Of a stretch of 64,000 nt of DNA, positions 1-16,107 are shown in pieces; positions within the stretch are counted from its first letter, which is position 1; each line of letters begins with the position of its first letter. The position numbers were made by a program, and so were the translations under genes. The notes beneath the pieces were generated by a model. That model did not search any database. It was not told where the DNA came from and saw nothing but the letters and a program-made list of their open reading frames with translations. Origin of the DNA: Piromyces finnis finn (Eukaryota; Fungi; Neocallimastigomycota); assembly GCA_002104945.1 (NCBI GenBank), contig MCFH01000080.1, positions 124,001 to 188,000 of the forward strand, given 5' to 3'.

Positions 1-177
1 GAATTTTTCTAAAAAAAATTAATGGAAGATACAAATTAACCTTTATTTTTTAATTAATTCACTTAATCATGTGATATGATCTATACTTTTATAAATATAT
101 GATTGAAACAGTTACTTTTTCATACAGGTCAAAATTTACATTGAAGGTATAATTCTTTTTTTTAATAAATAAAAACT

Positions 178-2326
<2,149 letters not shown>

Positions 2327-3531
2327 AAAAAAAAAAGAAAAAGAAAAAATTATTATTTAAAGTTAAAAAAAAAAAAAAACATTGTGATACCTTTTAAATT
2401 AGTAACTTTTTTTTTAAATACATATATATAAATATGTATATAATATACTATTAAAAAAATTATATTTCATCTTGTCTACATCATTTTATAATTGTATATA
2501 TATATATATATAAAAAAAAAAAAGGAAAATTAAATAATGAAAATAACATTAAATAAAATGAATTAAAAAAAAAAAAATTTTTTTTTCTTAAACGACTCCA
2601 AAATAACATTAGAACTCCGAATGGTATCATTTACAATCTTAATGGCATATAATATTTATATAAAAGTATACATAAATTTATTTTAACTAGTAAATAATAA
2701 TAATAATACAAATATATATTATGTATACTATATAAAGTTATAAAATTGATTTTTTCTTTTTTTTTTTAAATAAAAATTAGGTTTTTTTTATTTGTCAAAA
2801 AAAAACTGATTAAAAGAAATATGCTAATTTTTTTTTTTTTTTTATTTTTTATTTTATTTTGTACATCTCAAAATAAATAATTTATATTTTGTTGGATTTC
2901 TTATTATTAAATTATAAAACAAAAATGATCTTTGGTTTTTATTTTTTTTCTGAAAGACTATAAAAAAAAGTAAAATTGTAATGAAAATTAGTTTTATATA
3001 TAATTACCTGTTTATTGTCAATTTAGTAAAAAAAAAAAAAGAAATGGTTCTAAGAATAAAATTAATTGAATATTAGAAAATAAATAAATAAATAAAAATT
3101 AAATATTAAATATTAGTATATTTGAAACTAATCTTAATAGTATATTATTAATTGTTATTTGTTACCATTAAAAGTTATAAAAGTTAGGTATTTAAATTTT
3201 CTGTTAATTTTTAAAACTAACTTTAATATTTATAAAAATTTTATATAATTAATAATAATAAAAAACTAATAAAATCAAAAAATTTTAATAAATGTTGAAT
3301 CATTTTTAAAACTCTCTTTTTATTTTATAATAAAAATAAAAATATTTCGAAAACTAAATAATATTATTATATTATATAATTATAATACAAATTGAAACAT
3401 TAAAAATAAAGAATATTATTAATATATATATATATAAAAAAAGCATTTTTCCTTTCTTTTTTTTTTTTTTCTTTTTTTGTAAGAATAACATTTATCATAT
3501 AAAATTAATTTAATATGAAATAGTATCCAAT

Positions 3532-6500
3532 ATGGAAAACAGGCATCAGGATAAAACTCCAGAAGATAAAGATATCGAAGCAATTGTAATTGTTTATTCA
3601 TACAAGATAACTTTTTTTTTCATTTCTAATTAAATTTAAATCCAAATTAATTTTATTTATATTGTATCAATACCTATTTTTTTTATAATACTATATAATA
3701 AAGATTAAACATAATGATCTTAAACGATTAAGTAATCCGTTTGAAACACAGTCTCTTGACATGTGTCATTTTAATCTTCCAAGTATGGTATGCTTAAATA
3801 AATTTACAAATCTAGTTTCATTATGTATTGTTGCTCAGGATATTATGGAAATTAGTGGATTAGAAAAAGCATATTCACTTGAACGTTTATGGATATGTGA
3901 AACAAAAATATCAAAAATAAAAGGGTTGGATGCTTGCACAAAATTAGAAGAATTATACTTGTAAATTTAAAAATTATTAATTATTATTTTGATATAAAAG
4001 GATTAATTAGATATAATTAAATGAAGTAATCACATTACTAATATAAATCATTGTTATTTCATTTTATTCATCAATAATTATTTGATACATATGAAGATAT
4101 GCTAACAAAATCAAAAAAATCGAAGGATTAAATAATAACATTCATATTAAAAAATTGTGGATTTTTAGTAATGGTAGATATTTATACAATTTATATAGTA
4201 TTAGTAATAAGAATACCTCATATATAAATTAAATATTAATTTTTTACCACTCTTTATTTTATAATACACTTAATTATTCTTTATAAGAAATTGAACAAAT
4301 TGAAAATATTTCTCATCTAAAACAACTGGAAGATTTAAACATATCAGGAAATAAAATTCAACAAATTAAAAATTCACTCGCAGAAAATACTAATTTAAAG
4401 GTTTATAGTGATAATTATATTATTATACAGATTATTTCAAAATAAATATTAAATATTTTTTTATATAAAAATATATATTTCTTGATATAAAAATATTTTC
4501 ATTAATTTTAAATAACTGATAAAAAAAAATAATACTGGTGGAATTCATTTAATCATAGACATTACATATAGCAGGAAATAAATTATCATCCTTTAATGAT
4601 TTATTAAATTTAACTCGCCTTTTAAATTTAGAAACTTTAGTATTATCAAGTCAACTTTTTGATAATAATCCTATATGTGATCTTTTAAATTATCAAACTT
4701 TTATAATTTTTCATATGACATACATTAAACAATTAGATGATATTGAAATTACTGATGAATCAAGAAAAACTGTAGCATCAACAATTATTAAAAAAAGAAT
4801 GTAATCTATCAACCAAATATATATATATATATTATTTCATTCTAAAAAAAATCTTTATCATATCTATCCAATTAAAATTTATTTTAACTGATCCTTTTAA
4901 ATATATAATTTATTTTATTTTATTTTTTTTTTTTATAAAAATGATATATATAATTATTTATAATATTTATTAAGGTATTACAATACTCAAATTCAAGCAA
5001 TTCATAGAAATAAAAATTTCTTAATAAGATTTTTAAAAGCAACATATCTTCAAAGAACATGCATTTTGGAAGATGAAATAAAAAAATCATATATTAGAAT
5101 CCGTACATTACAAAGATTTCTTTACGATCATGAAAACAACATTTGTGAACATAATAAAGTAAAATTTTTTAATACATATACATTTTTATTTGTTTTATTA
5201 AATATAAAGAATACATAAAAATTAAATAAATAAATAAAAAAAAAAGAGATGGTTTGTAAAAATATTTTAATCTTAATTTATATAATAAAAATACGTTTAT
5301 TATATTTATTATTTATTCTTTTTATTAGTTAATGGAAAATGATATAAATAAAACAATTTCAGATTTAATGAAAAGTATTCAAATGAATTGGAATTCCATC
5401 AATCAAATTCAAAACAGTATAGTAAAAACTGGAACACATATTGATTATCAAGGTGATATAGAAATAAGGTATTCTATCTTTTACTTAAAGCATAATGGAT
5501 ATAAAAATTATATATATATATTTTTTCAAAATTTATAATAAAAAAATTTTTATTACTAAAATATATAAATATAATATTATAAAATATTTTTTAACAATAA
5601 AAGAAAATTACAACTAGAATTAGAAACTGGTGGTAATATTCGACTTGAAAAAACAATGATTGGAAGTTCATGGTACAATTTTGGATCAAAATTTTTACTA
5701 TCTGAAATATTAAATAGTAATTCAAGCATAAAATGCGAAAATATAAAAATTAATCGAATATCTCTCATATATAATCGTCATATCTTTAAAATATTTGATG
5801 TAAATTTAGAAAGCATTATTCGTATATTAGTATTTTATATTATTAGCTAAAAATAATTAAATAAATATTAATTGCAAAAAAAAATTATGTATTTATAATA
5901 TAGAATTTCATAAATCAATATTCAAAGGTTAAAAAAGAAGAACCTCTTTATGCTATGTATACAGTAGTTAATAAAAAACATAATAGTGCGGAACCAGAAA
6001 TCTTTTCTGTTATTGAAAATGGATTTACACAAAATAATTATAAATGGGTATTAAATGGAAATATTATAACCCATAAGACACCAAAAGTTCCTATATTTGA
6101 AAAAGGAAATTATCATTATACTATTATTTCAAGGGTATATACAAAACAAATGATAGTAAATTCACTTTCTTCTAAAAAAAATAGAGAAATAAAAGAAGAC
6201 TTATTACCTGAATACGATAGTAATGTTATTGTTGAAGCTATTCGTCCAGAATATTTGGTTGAATATTATATTGATGAAGATATCAGTAAAAAGAGACCAC
6301 CCATTGAACAATATATTATTGAAGTTTCAAATTCAAATCAATTATCAAATTTAAATATGTCCTACGCTATTCGTCCATACATAGAAACTATTTTAGAAAA
6401 AGAAGTAATAAACTATTATTATATTTATTTATTTTCAACAATATAAATTAAACTGATTTTATTTTATTTTAAATATATAATATTTTATATATTAAAATTA

Positions 6501-9033
6501 TTAAAATAAAATGTATATGTTACTTTTTTCCTTATTGTATATATATATATTTATATATAGATGAAAGAACCAATTAAAAAGTATATTGTACCAATATTAA
6601 GTAATGAATCAGAAGAATCTGAAATTAAAAAAATGGGAGTAGTAAATTCCACAAACTTTAATGTAAATATCATATACTTTCAAGTTCTTAAGCCTTTTCT
6701 AAATATATGACACTATCTATATAAATATAATACTATTATAGAATATACTAATATACAATATTAAATTAAATATTTTTATTAAAAAAAATAATAATGATAA
6801 TATAAAATCCATTTATAGATCTCTGCTGAAGTTTTAGAAAGTACAAAAACAATTAATTTTACTGGATCATCCATAAAGAAAATTGAAGATTTTACACCAT
6901 TTATTGGAATTAAAAAATTGATTTTATGCAATAATAAATTAAAAAGTGTTAATGGTATAGAAGCATTGAAAAAATTAGAATTTTTGGATTTATCTTTTAA
7001 TGAAATTAAAAAATTAGATTTTTTAAAAGATCTAAAAAAATTGATTCAATTAGAAATGCTTTCAAATTTGATTACAGATGTAACAGGATGTAATTGGAAA
7101 GAAATGTATGGATCAATATATATATTTTAATTAGCTCATAAATATATATATAATTTTTCCAAAGGATGTTATTAATTATTATAAAAATTAATGAAACTTT
7201 TTTTTTTTTTAATTTTTTGATAAAATTATTCAGTGCTCCAAATTTAATTATTGCTGATTTTAGATTTAATCCAATATTTAATAGAAAATATTATCAAAAG
7301 TGGATGATCAGTCATTGTCAAAAATTAGAATATTTAGATGGCTTAAGAATAAATAAAAAAGTAATATGTTATTAAAATGTTTAATATATAAAATATTTAA
7401 AATATAAATGAATTTATTATGTAAACTATGAATTATTGGTATATATCTTTAACATTTTTAGAATAGATTCCAAGGCAATGTTATAAATAATGATATTATC
7501 ATAAATAATTCCAGTATTCAACCATTCTTAATTCAACAACTTTCTATGAGAAAAAAATGGGGTGAAAACTCTTCTTCTCGATTAATAGAATACAGTGTTA
7601 TTGGCAATATGACAAAATTTTCATTTAATGATATATTACCCTACATTTCATTATTGGAATTGGATAACTGTAATTTAATTGATATTTCTGACTTTTCATT
7701 TGAGTTAGTATCTTAATTTTTTTATAACAATCCTATTATTGTTTTTATTCTATTAAATCAAATATATAAAAATAATAGTAATAACCTTTTTGTTTTATAT
7801 TATTTTTTAAAAAAGAAATTTTGTAAATTTACGTTGGTTAAGTTTAAGAAATAATTATATAAAAGATATTAGTTCACTTACATTATGTCATAATCTTATT
7901 GAACTATCCATTGATAACAATGATGTTGAGTATATTGACTTTTTATCATCACTAAAATACCTTCAAAAAATTAATGCCAGTTCAAATAAAATTATGTTAT
8001 TTGATCCTAAAGCTGATGTAGTGTTTGAATCTTTAACACAACTTAATTTAGAAAATAATTCAATAAGAAGTCTCAAAGGAATAAAAAAATTAACATCCTT
8101 AATGGAATTATGTAAGAAAATTTAAAAAAAGAAAAAAAAAGAAAAAAAAAATTAAACTTATTAAAAAATTTTCAAATTTTCTTTCTTTTTTTTTTTTTAA
8201 TTATTAATTTGTATTATTCTATTTTTAAAAATAAATTAAAAAGATTTAGGAAATAATTATATTAGTGAAACTTCAAATATCTTCTTCTTGAAAGATTTAC
8301 AGAAATTTATTATTTTAGATCTTACAGGAAATTCAATATGTAGTATCCAAAATTATAGATTATTTATAATATATCACCTATCCAAATTAAAGGTAAATAA
8401 ATACATTTTATAATATGGAAAAAAAAAATATATTAAAAAAAATATATATTTTTTTATTTCTTCTTATATTTCATACATAGGTTTTAGATGGTATAGCTTG
8501 TACCTTAAAAGAATATTCTGATTCAAGAGAAATTTATTTAGGTTTGTTAACCACAGATATTTTATATCAACATGTTGGAAAATCAAATATTTCTTCACTT
8601 ACCAAACTTGATTTAAGAAACTGTAAAATAAAAAACATTGAATGTTTCGAAAAAATTGAATTAAATCAATTAATTATATTAAATATGGATAATAATAATA
8701 TTAATTCCTTGGAAGGACTTCGAAAACTTACAAGTTTGAAATTCCTAAGTCTAAATAATAATAAAATTGAAAAATTAGTTAGTAGTAATTATATGTCAAA
8801 AAACTTACCAATAGTTTTCCCAAAAATAGAAGAACTTCATCTTGGAGGTAATTTAATCCAACGTATACCCGATATCTCTATGGTGAAATTCCCATGTCTA
8901 AAACTCTTATTCTTAAATAATAATAAAATTAATAAGGTATTAATTATTAAAATATATCAACATAAAAAAAAAAAAAGTCATGTTACAAAAAATCTATATT
9001 TATGTCTATAATATTAATTTTTCCTTCTTTAAA

Positions 9034-9067
<34 letters not shown>

Positions 9068-9955
9068 TTGAAAGATTCAACACCATGCCAACATTAATTG
9101 AACTAATTGTAAATAAAAATCATATTAAAACAATAGATGATGATGGTTTTGATGGATTATACAACTTAAAGGAATTACAAATTAAGTATGTATAGATTTA
9201 TGATTGAGCATTTTAATTGTTAAAATGATATTATATATATATATATAAATAGATTAACTAACTTTTAAAAAAAAAATTATTTTTTTTTTTTAAAAAAAGG
9301 GACAATTGTCTAAAATCTATAGCTAATTTAAATTCATTATCTAGTTTAAGAAGATTATATCTTACAGGAAATAGAATTCAAGATTTAAATGAATTAGGAG
9401 TAAGTTATATTTATATATTAATGAATAATACGATAATAATATACATTACTTATATACTTATCTATCATACATTTCTTCCTTTATTAATAAATTTATCTTA
9501 AATAAATATTAATATAAATAAATAATAATAAAAAAAAGAAACTATCCTTACCAAATCTTTTTGAGATATTTATTTCTCAAAATCCTATAACAAAAAAAAT
9601 GGGATATCGTTACACTTTAATTATAAGACTTCCAAAACTTACTTCCATTGATGGAAATGAAATAACCTCAGAAGAAAAAGAAAAAGCAATTGTAATATTT
9701 TTATATTTATATCAATTAATTATTATAAAGAGTCAATAAATTTTATTATTTTTATTACTCATCATTTTTTTATGATTTTAAATTATATTACTAATAACTA
9801 TATAGGATTATAATATTGACGGAATGAATACATGGGATGAACGTACATCATTAATTCAAAAGCATCCATCATTAATTTCCACTACCAAAATAAAATGCCC
9901 TATTAAAGTAACAGCAATGGTATTTGATGTGGAATCGACAATTCCTACTAAATAA
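3532..9955 (+). CDS. LRRC9: Leucine-rich repeat-containing protein 9 (LRRC9) homolog, many exons
   Basis: Exons give LVSLCIVAQDIMEISGLE, KKRMYYNTQIQAI and LELETGGNIRLEKTMIGSSWYNF plus many LRRs. These match remembered LRRC9 segments (LTIVAQDIKEISGLE, KKIMYYNMRI, IELETVGNFHFEEG...WFNF). Start and last exon are inferred. Confidence 0.85.
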
Positions 9956-10101
9956 TCTTACCTTAATAAAGGTTATTTATTTATTTTTTTTATTATTGTT
10001 ATTATTATTTATTTATTTATTTATTTTATTTAATTATTATTTATTAAATATCAAATTTATTTATTCAAAAATAATCATTTTTACAAAATTACATATTAAA
10101 C

Positions 10102-10156
<55 letters not shown>
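10102..10156. repeat. (AAT)n microsatellite
   Basis: Direct reading. Confidence 0.9.
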
Positions 10157-10700
10157 CATTTATAAAGAAAATTTAAAAATTTTATTTAAAATAATTACAC
10201 AAAGTTTATTTTCAATATACCAATATCTAGTAAAAAACTTTTCTTTTTATCTTTTCGTTATTCACATATTTATTATATATAATATAGATTATATATTTAT
10301 ACAAATATTTGTTTAATAGTAAAATGGCTAAATTAAATTTTTAATGTATTCTATAATAAATAACAATCTTTAATAAAAATTTATAAAATATAATGAATTT
10401 ATATAAAAAAAAAAAAAGAAAAATTATATATATATAGTTTAAATAATTTATCTTTATTGAATATTAATTATCAATAAATATTTGAATATGGTATATTATA
10501 ATTTCTAATAATACGATATGAAGTGAAAATTGTTTGTTCTTTTAATAATAAAAAAGTTAATAAATATAGTTTTAGAGTTATGAATTGCTTATAATAACTT
10601 ATTTAATATTGTTTTTTTTTTTTTTTTTGTTGTTGTTGTTGTTGATGTTGTTGCTTTTTCTTTAATATATTTCGCTAAATGATAGAATAAAAGATAGTTA

Positions 10701-11797
10701 TTACTTCTTTTCAAGTTTGCTTAATAAATATTCCAACTATTTTTGTATTTTTTAAAATTTATAATTATAAATTTATATTAAAATAAATAAATAAATTAGA
10801 AATTTCAATTATTCAAAAAAAATAATAATAAGAATTTTTTATAATAAACTTACTTGATTTTTCATAATTGGTTGACCTTTACTGTTTTTACGGGCTAATT
10901 TATGTCTGATACTTTTTCTATTTCTGAAATATTCTTTTTTCTTTTCAAGATTCTCTTCTTTTATTCTTTTCTTTTCCTTTATTATTATTATCAAAATGGA
11001 ATTAATATATTATTACTTTGAAAAAAAAAATATATTTTTTGTTTATTGAATATTATATAAATAAATTTATGAATATATATAATTACTTCTAATTCTTTTC
11101 TCTTTTCTTCTCTTTCTTTATTTCTTTCTTTTATAGCTTTAGCAAATGGATTTGGTTTTCTATTTTTATTAGTTTTTTTATTTTTGTTCTTTCCTTTATT
11201 AGAAGTCTCTTTTTCTTCATTTTGTTCAGTTTCAGAATTACTATTTTCACCTTCATCACTTTCAAAATCTTTATAACTTAATTCATTGTCTTTCTTTTCT
11301 TTTTCTTCTTCTTTATCAGTACCGAAAATCTTTTATGAATATTATTATTTTTATTATTATTATTATTATTATTATAAAAAATAAATGGTTATAGTTCATA
11401 TATTTAATTGATAAAAGATATTAATAAAAGGTTTTTTTGTTTTGTTTTGTTTTGTTTTGTTTTCCTTTTATATAAAAAAAAAATAATTATAATACTAACT
11501 TCCTTAATATAACTTGGAGTATCATCTACTTCATTTTGAATACTCTTGTAATATTTGCTCTTAATTTTTGATTTTTCTATGAGCTTACGCTTTTTTTTTA
11601 TAACTTTTTTTTTTTTTTTTTTTTTTGAAAACCAAATTATTTGAAATTAATAGATATAAAGACAATTAAAAAAAAAAAAAAGAAAGAAAAAATTAATGTT
11701 TATTCCTATATTATCATTTTATATATAAAATTTTCTATTTTAAAATATTTATTTCATTACTTTTTCCTTTATATGTATTTCCAAGATTTCTATTCAT
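10701..11797 (-). CDS. FYV7: rRNA-processing protein, FYV7/CCDC59 (TAP26) family
   Basis: Spliced product MNRNLGNTYKGKIIKKKRKLIEKSKIKSKYYK...KPNPFAKA...RKNSKGQPIMKNQLEYLLSKLEKK*. The C-terminal KGQP-x-M-x-x-Q-x-x-YLL-x-K is the family signature. None of it is in the ORF track. Confidence 0.8.
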
Positions 11798-11834
11798 TTT
11801 GTTACTCAAAATAATTATTCAAATTTTATATATA

Positions 11835-11873
<39 letters not shown>

Positions 11874-13011
11874 TTTAATAAATACTTTTTTAACCAATCA
11901 TTCTTTTTAAAATAATACTAAAGTACAAAAATTCTTGTAATAGCAGCCATCTTTATGGCTGTGAATAAAAAATATCTGGTAGAAATATCACACCAAAAAT
12001 TTAAAATAAATTTTACAAACAAAATAATATTTAAATTTTACTTTTTTTTTATTTTATTTTATTTATTTATTTCAAATAAATATTCTTTTCTATTTTGAAT
12101 TTAAAAATAAAATATTGATTTTTAAATATTATATTTATTTTTATTTATTTATGATTATTTAAATGAAATATATTTTAATATAGCTTAAAAATATTTATTA
12201 AAAAAATTATATTTAAAAAATTATATTAAATAAATAACTTTTATATATATGAAATGATTATTAAAAATGAATTAATATTAATGAAATATAGTCTATTTTC
12301 TTTCTTTAAATCAAATTTTTCATATATATAAAAAATCTTAAAAATGAATAATTAATATTTTAAAGTATTCAGAAAACTTTAAATTTGCCTTTCATTCTTC
12401 TATAATTTATATTTCTATTTTACATTTCTGAATCGTTTATGAATATTACTTGTTCATTTTTTAGTTTTTAATTTTTTTTTTGTTGTTGTTTTTGTTTTTG
12501 TTTTATATTTGTTTTGTTTTGAATTATTGTTTTTCGATGTTTTTTTTGTTTTGTTTTGTTTTGTTTTGTTTTAGGTATTAATTTTTATTTAATTTTGAAT
12601 ATGAATAAAATTACTTTTTTTTTTAATAAAATTTAATATATTTTTTTACTGTATTTTTATAATAAATTTTTATAAATAGATAATAGTTATAAAATGTTGA
12701 TATTAAAATAGTGATATTATTATCTGTTAACTATTGGAAATAAAAATTAATTTTACATTTAAGATAGTTTTATTTTTTTTTTTTTTTTTCTGAATTTTTT
12801 TCGATTCTTTTTCTGTAATTTTTAATTTTTTTCATTTATTTTTCTAGTTTTTTATTTACTGAATAATTTATCGTTTTTTTTTTTTTTTTTTTCAACTAAT
12901 GTTGGTGATTACACATTACTCTAATTTGTAATTATTAAATTGATTGAGTATTAACACACATAACATAGTTGTGTTAAAAATATAAAATGTATTAAAATGG
13001 TATCTTAAAAT

Positions 13012-16000
13012 TTAAGCTTCAATCGAACCAATTTGCTTTTTAAGTTGATTTATCATAGCTTCCATTTGTTCATTATCATTTTGTAATTTTTCTTTTTCAT
13101 CAAGTAATTGTTGACGATCTTCAATAAGTTCCTTTAATTTTTTATGAGCACGGGAAGATAAATCATCAAATTCAATTTCTTTACGCTTATTATTTTCAAT
13201 CATTTTTTCACGTTCATGACGCATTTGACGATAATCACTTGTTAATTGTTGATTTTCTCTCTTTATATCTCTTAATTCATCATTCATACGTTTAATAATT
13301 TCACGATAGTTAATAAGTTCATTTTGAAGTATTTCTACATTTATGCTCTTTTCAACATCACCCTTAAATATTGTGCTAATATCTTCGATATAAGATGTAG
13401 TTTGAACAGCTACATTATGATTATTAACACGTCTAGTTTGTATTTGAACATGTCTAACCTTTGGTCTCACACGTAATGGTGGTGGTGCATTACCATTACT
13501 ATTAGTTGCTGGTGGTGGTTGAGACATATGATGACGTACCTTATTTGGAGCAATCTTTCCGAAATTAGCTGGTGGTGGAGTTGAGGTTCTTATATTATCT
13601 AAATTTTTAAGTGTATTTTTATCAAATGGTACTGGTGGTGGTGGATTAGTTGGTGGTGGATTCTTATTTCCACTATCAATTCTTGGTGGGTTTTCATCTT
13701 CTAATTCCTCCAATTCATAATCTTCTATACCTGGCATAGAATTAGTTACAGTAATTTCACCCATTTGTGGAGGTGGTAATGTAACACGGTTATTTATGGT
13801 TTGTTTTTGATTATTAAGAACACGAGTGAGATTTTGTCTCATTGGTGGTGGACCATGACGAGAACTACGACGCTCAGACATTCTAATTCTATGTTCACGA
13901 TCACGGTCACGATCATGGTCACGATCATGATCTCTTGGTGGTGGTGGACCTCTTAATCCATGACTACCAGTTAAACGATGTTCTCTTCTAGCATTATTAT
14001 TACGATGTTGTGGTGGTGGTCTTTCGTGTCTTGGTTCTTCATCAGAAAAGAATCCTTGTTCATCATCTGAAACATATTCAACATGACTGATTCTCTTAAC
14101 ATTATCATTAAATTGAACAGTCTTTCTATTTGGATCTGGTGGTGGTCTTTCAATTGGTGAATCAAAGGATTTATCATAATAAAATTCATCACCAACCATA
14201 TTAGCATTGAAACGGGTATTACGAATTAATTCTGAATCAGATTCACTAAAGTAATCATCTTCGTCTTCATCATCTAATAATCCTTGATCATAATAACTGT
14301 TACCATTATTGTTGTCTTCTTCAAGTGTAGAAGCAGCTTGTGGTTGTTGTGGTGGTGGTGTTTGTTTAACTTCACCTACTTCTACTATAGTCTTATTTGG
14401 TAATAATGAATTTAAATCATTATTATTGTTATCCATATTATTATTATTCATGGACATTGGTGCAGCATTTATTCTTGGTCTTGGTTCATCTTCATCTAAT
14501 TCATCATAATTGTTATTACGTTCAATGGATAAGTTTTCTAAATTTTCAACAATACGATTCTTTACACTTGGACTAACCTCTGTATCATTTGTTGGACCAT
14601 TATTAATGGTAGATACAGAAATATTATTCATCATATTTGGTTTTGGTTGATTATTCATACTACCGGAATTTGATGTAGAATTAGAAGGAGAGTTCATTGC
14701 TGAACCAATATGTTGTGAAATTCTATATTGATCTTGAGGATTCATACCCTTCATTTTATTCATTTTTCTTGGATCTTGTGGACCGGTAATTGGACTTTGA
14801 ATAGATAAATCGCCATTACTACCATTACTATGGGCTGTCATCATTCCTGGTTTATTATATGGGAAATTATCGCCCTGAGGCTTTTGATTCATTGGCATGT
14901 TTTGGGCTTGTAATTGTTGTGACATTAAATTTGAATTTTGGAAATTATTAAAACGAGGACCTCCTTCATGGAGAGGACTTTCTGGAATATCTGGCTTGTT
15001 TTTTAAGCTCATAACATATGGACTACCATTACCTTGTAAACTATTTATTGATGAAACAGAACCACTACTCTTTAAATTATTAAATCCAGTTGGCATTGGA
15101 GGTACATTTGGATTTGGACCATTGTTATTCATTACAAATTGATTTGGAACATTAGGGTTATACATAGTATTTTGTTGACTTCCAGAATTTGAAGTGTTAT
15201 TTTGACCAGAATTAAGATTAGGTTGGTTTTCTGCTCCGGGATAATGAATTACAATTGGTGTATGCTTTGGAGTATTAACATTTGATGGTGGTGAACTACT
15301 TCCACTACCAATTTCTTCACTAAGAGCTGAAGGTTTCTTTTCTTTTTTCTTACCCTTCTTAAATTTAAAAAGTGATCCACGCTTTTTCTTACCTTCTATA
15401 CTTCCAGCTGGGGATGCTGGAGGACCTCCTAACATATCTGGACCAGTATTCTTTAAGAAATCAGCTAATGCTTCAGTTTCCGTTTGTTTACGTTGTTTTG
15501 GTTGTTCTAAGAAATCTTCAAAATCAGAATCTTCTTCAAAACTCTCATCACGGAAACCACCAAAACTATTGAAACTGGTTTGAGAACTATTAAAGTTAGA
15601 ATTCATTATCTTAGAACCCATCATTGGGTTTGGGTTGAAATCATAGGAACCATTATCCATTGGACGAAAACTAGTATCAATTGTTAAATCTGAATTATTT
15701 AAATATTTACTTTGTTGCATAGGTAATTCCATATTTGGCATACTTCCACCCATTCCTGGATTACCAGGTCCAAATCTTGGTGATTGCATAAGGGTTTGAT
15801 CTGAATTCATTCTATATAAATTATTACTACTATTCATGCTAGAATTTGACGATTTTGATTTTAAACCATTAGCCATAGAATTAGCAAAAAATTCTTTTTG
15901 TTTTTTCATTTGATTATAATCAATATTTGGGTTCATTCCCATTTGATTTGGATTTGGACTAATTGGACTTACTTGCATACTATTTGATTCAAAATTTACC

Positions 16001-16107
16001 ATTGGATTTGTCAAGGATATTTTCATTGGATCCTTTTGTTGACGTATTTTTTGCTCAAATTCTTCAATAGAAAGCATTTTATTAACGCCGTTATTCATCG
16101 GATTCAT
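13012..16107 (-). CDS. Intronless 1031-aa low-complexity (N/P/Q/M/S-rich) protein with C-terminal coiled coil; function unknown
   Basis: Uninterrupted ORF with coding-like GC. Contains ALADFLKNTGP, an RKTVQF motif, PxxP tracts, two QT motifs and heptad repeats in the last ~100 aa. Confidence 0.85.
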   Translation of the reverse strand: MNPMNNGVNKMLSIEEFEQKIRQQKDPMKISLTNPMVNFESNSMQVSPISPNPNQMGMNPNIDYNQMKKQKEFFANSMANGLKSKSSNSSMNSSNNLYRMNSDQTLMQSPRFGPGNPGMGGSMPNMELPMQQSKYLNNSDLTIDTSFRPMDNGSYDFNPNPMMGSKIMNSNFNSSQTSFNSFGGFRDESFEEDSDFEDFLEQPKQRKQTETEALADFLKNTGPDMLGGPPASPAGSIEGKKKRGSLFKFKKGKKKEKKPSALSEEIGSGSSSPPSNVNTPKHTPIVIHYPGAENQPNLNSGQNNTSNSGSQQNTMYNPNVPNQFVMNNNGPNPNVPPMPTGFNNLKSSGSVSSINSLQGNGSPYVMSLKNKPDIPESPLHEGGPRFNNFQNSNLMSQQLQAQNMPMNQKPQGDNFPYNKPGMMTAHSNGSNGDLSIQSPITGPQDPRKMNKMKGMNPQDQYRISQHIGSAMNSPSNSTSNSGSMNNQPKPNMMNNISVSTINNGPTNDTEVSPSVKNRIVENLENLSIERNNNYDELDEDEPRPRINAAPMSMNNNNMDNNNNDLNSLLPNKTIVEVGEVKQTPPPQQPQAASTLEEDNNNGNSYYDQGLLDDEDEDDYFSESDSELIRNTRFNANMVGDEFYYDKSFDSPIERPPPDPNRKTVQFNDNVKRISHVEYVSDDEQGFFSDEEPRHERPPPQHRNNNARREHRLTGSHGLRGPPPPRDHDRDHDRDRDREHRIRMSERRSSRHGPPPMRQNLTRVLNNQKQTINNRVTLPPPQMGEITVTNSMPGIEDYELEELEDENPPRIDSGNKNPPPTNPPPPVPFDKNTLKNLDNIRTSTPPPANFGKIAPNKVRHHMSQPPPATNSNGNAPPPLRVRPKVRHVQIQTRRVNNHNVAVQTTSYIEDISTIFKGDVEKSINVEILQNELINYREIIKRMNDELRDIKRENQQLTSDYRQMRHEREKMIENNKRKEIEFDDLSSRAHKKLKELIEDRQQLLDEKEKLQNDNEQMEAMINQLKKQIGSIEA

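Noticed and set aside
99-146. Alternative first exon (MIETVTFSYRSKFTLK) for the aminotransferase
   Set aside because: Its splice phase is incompatible with the next exon, whereas the ATG at 178 joins in frame.
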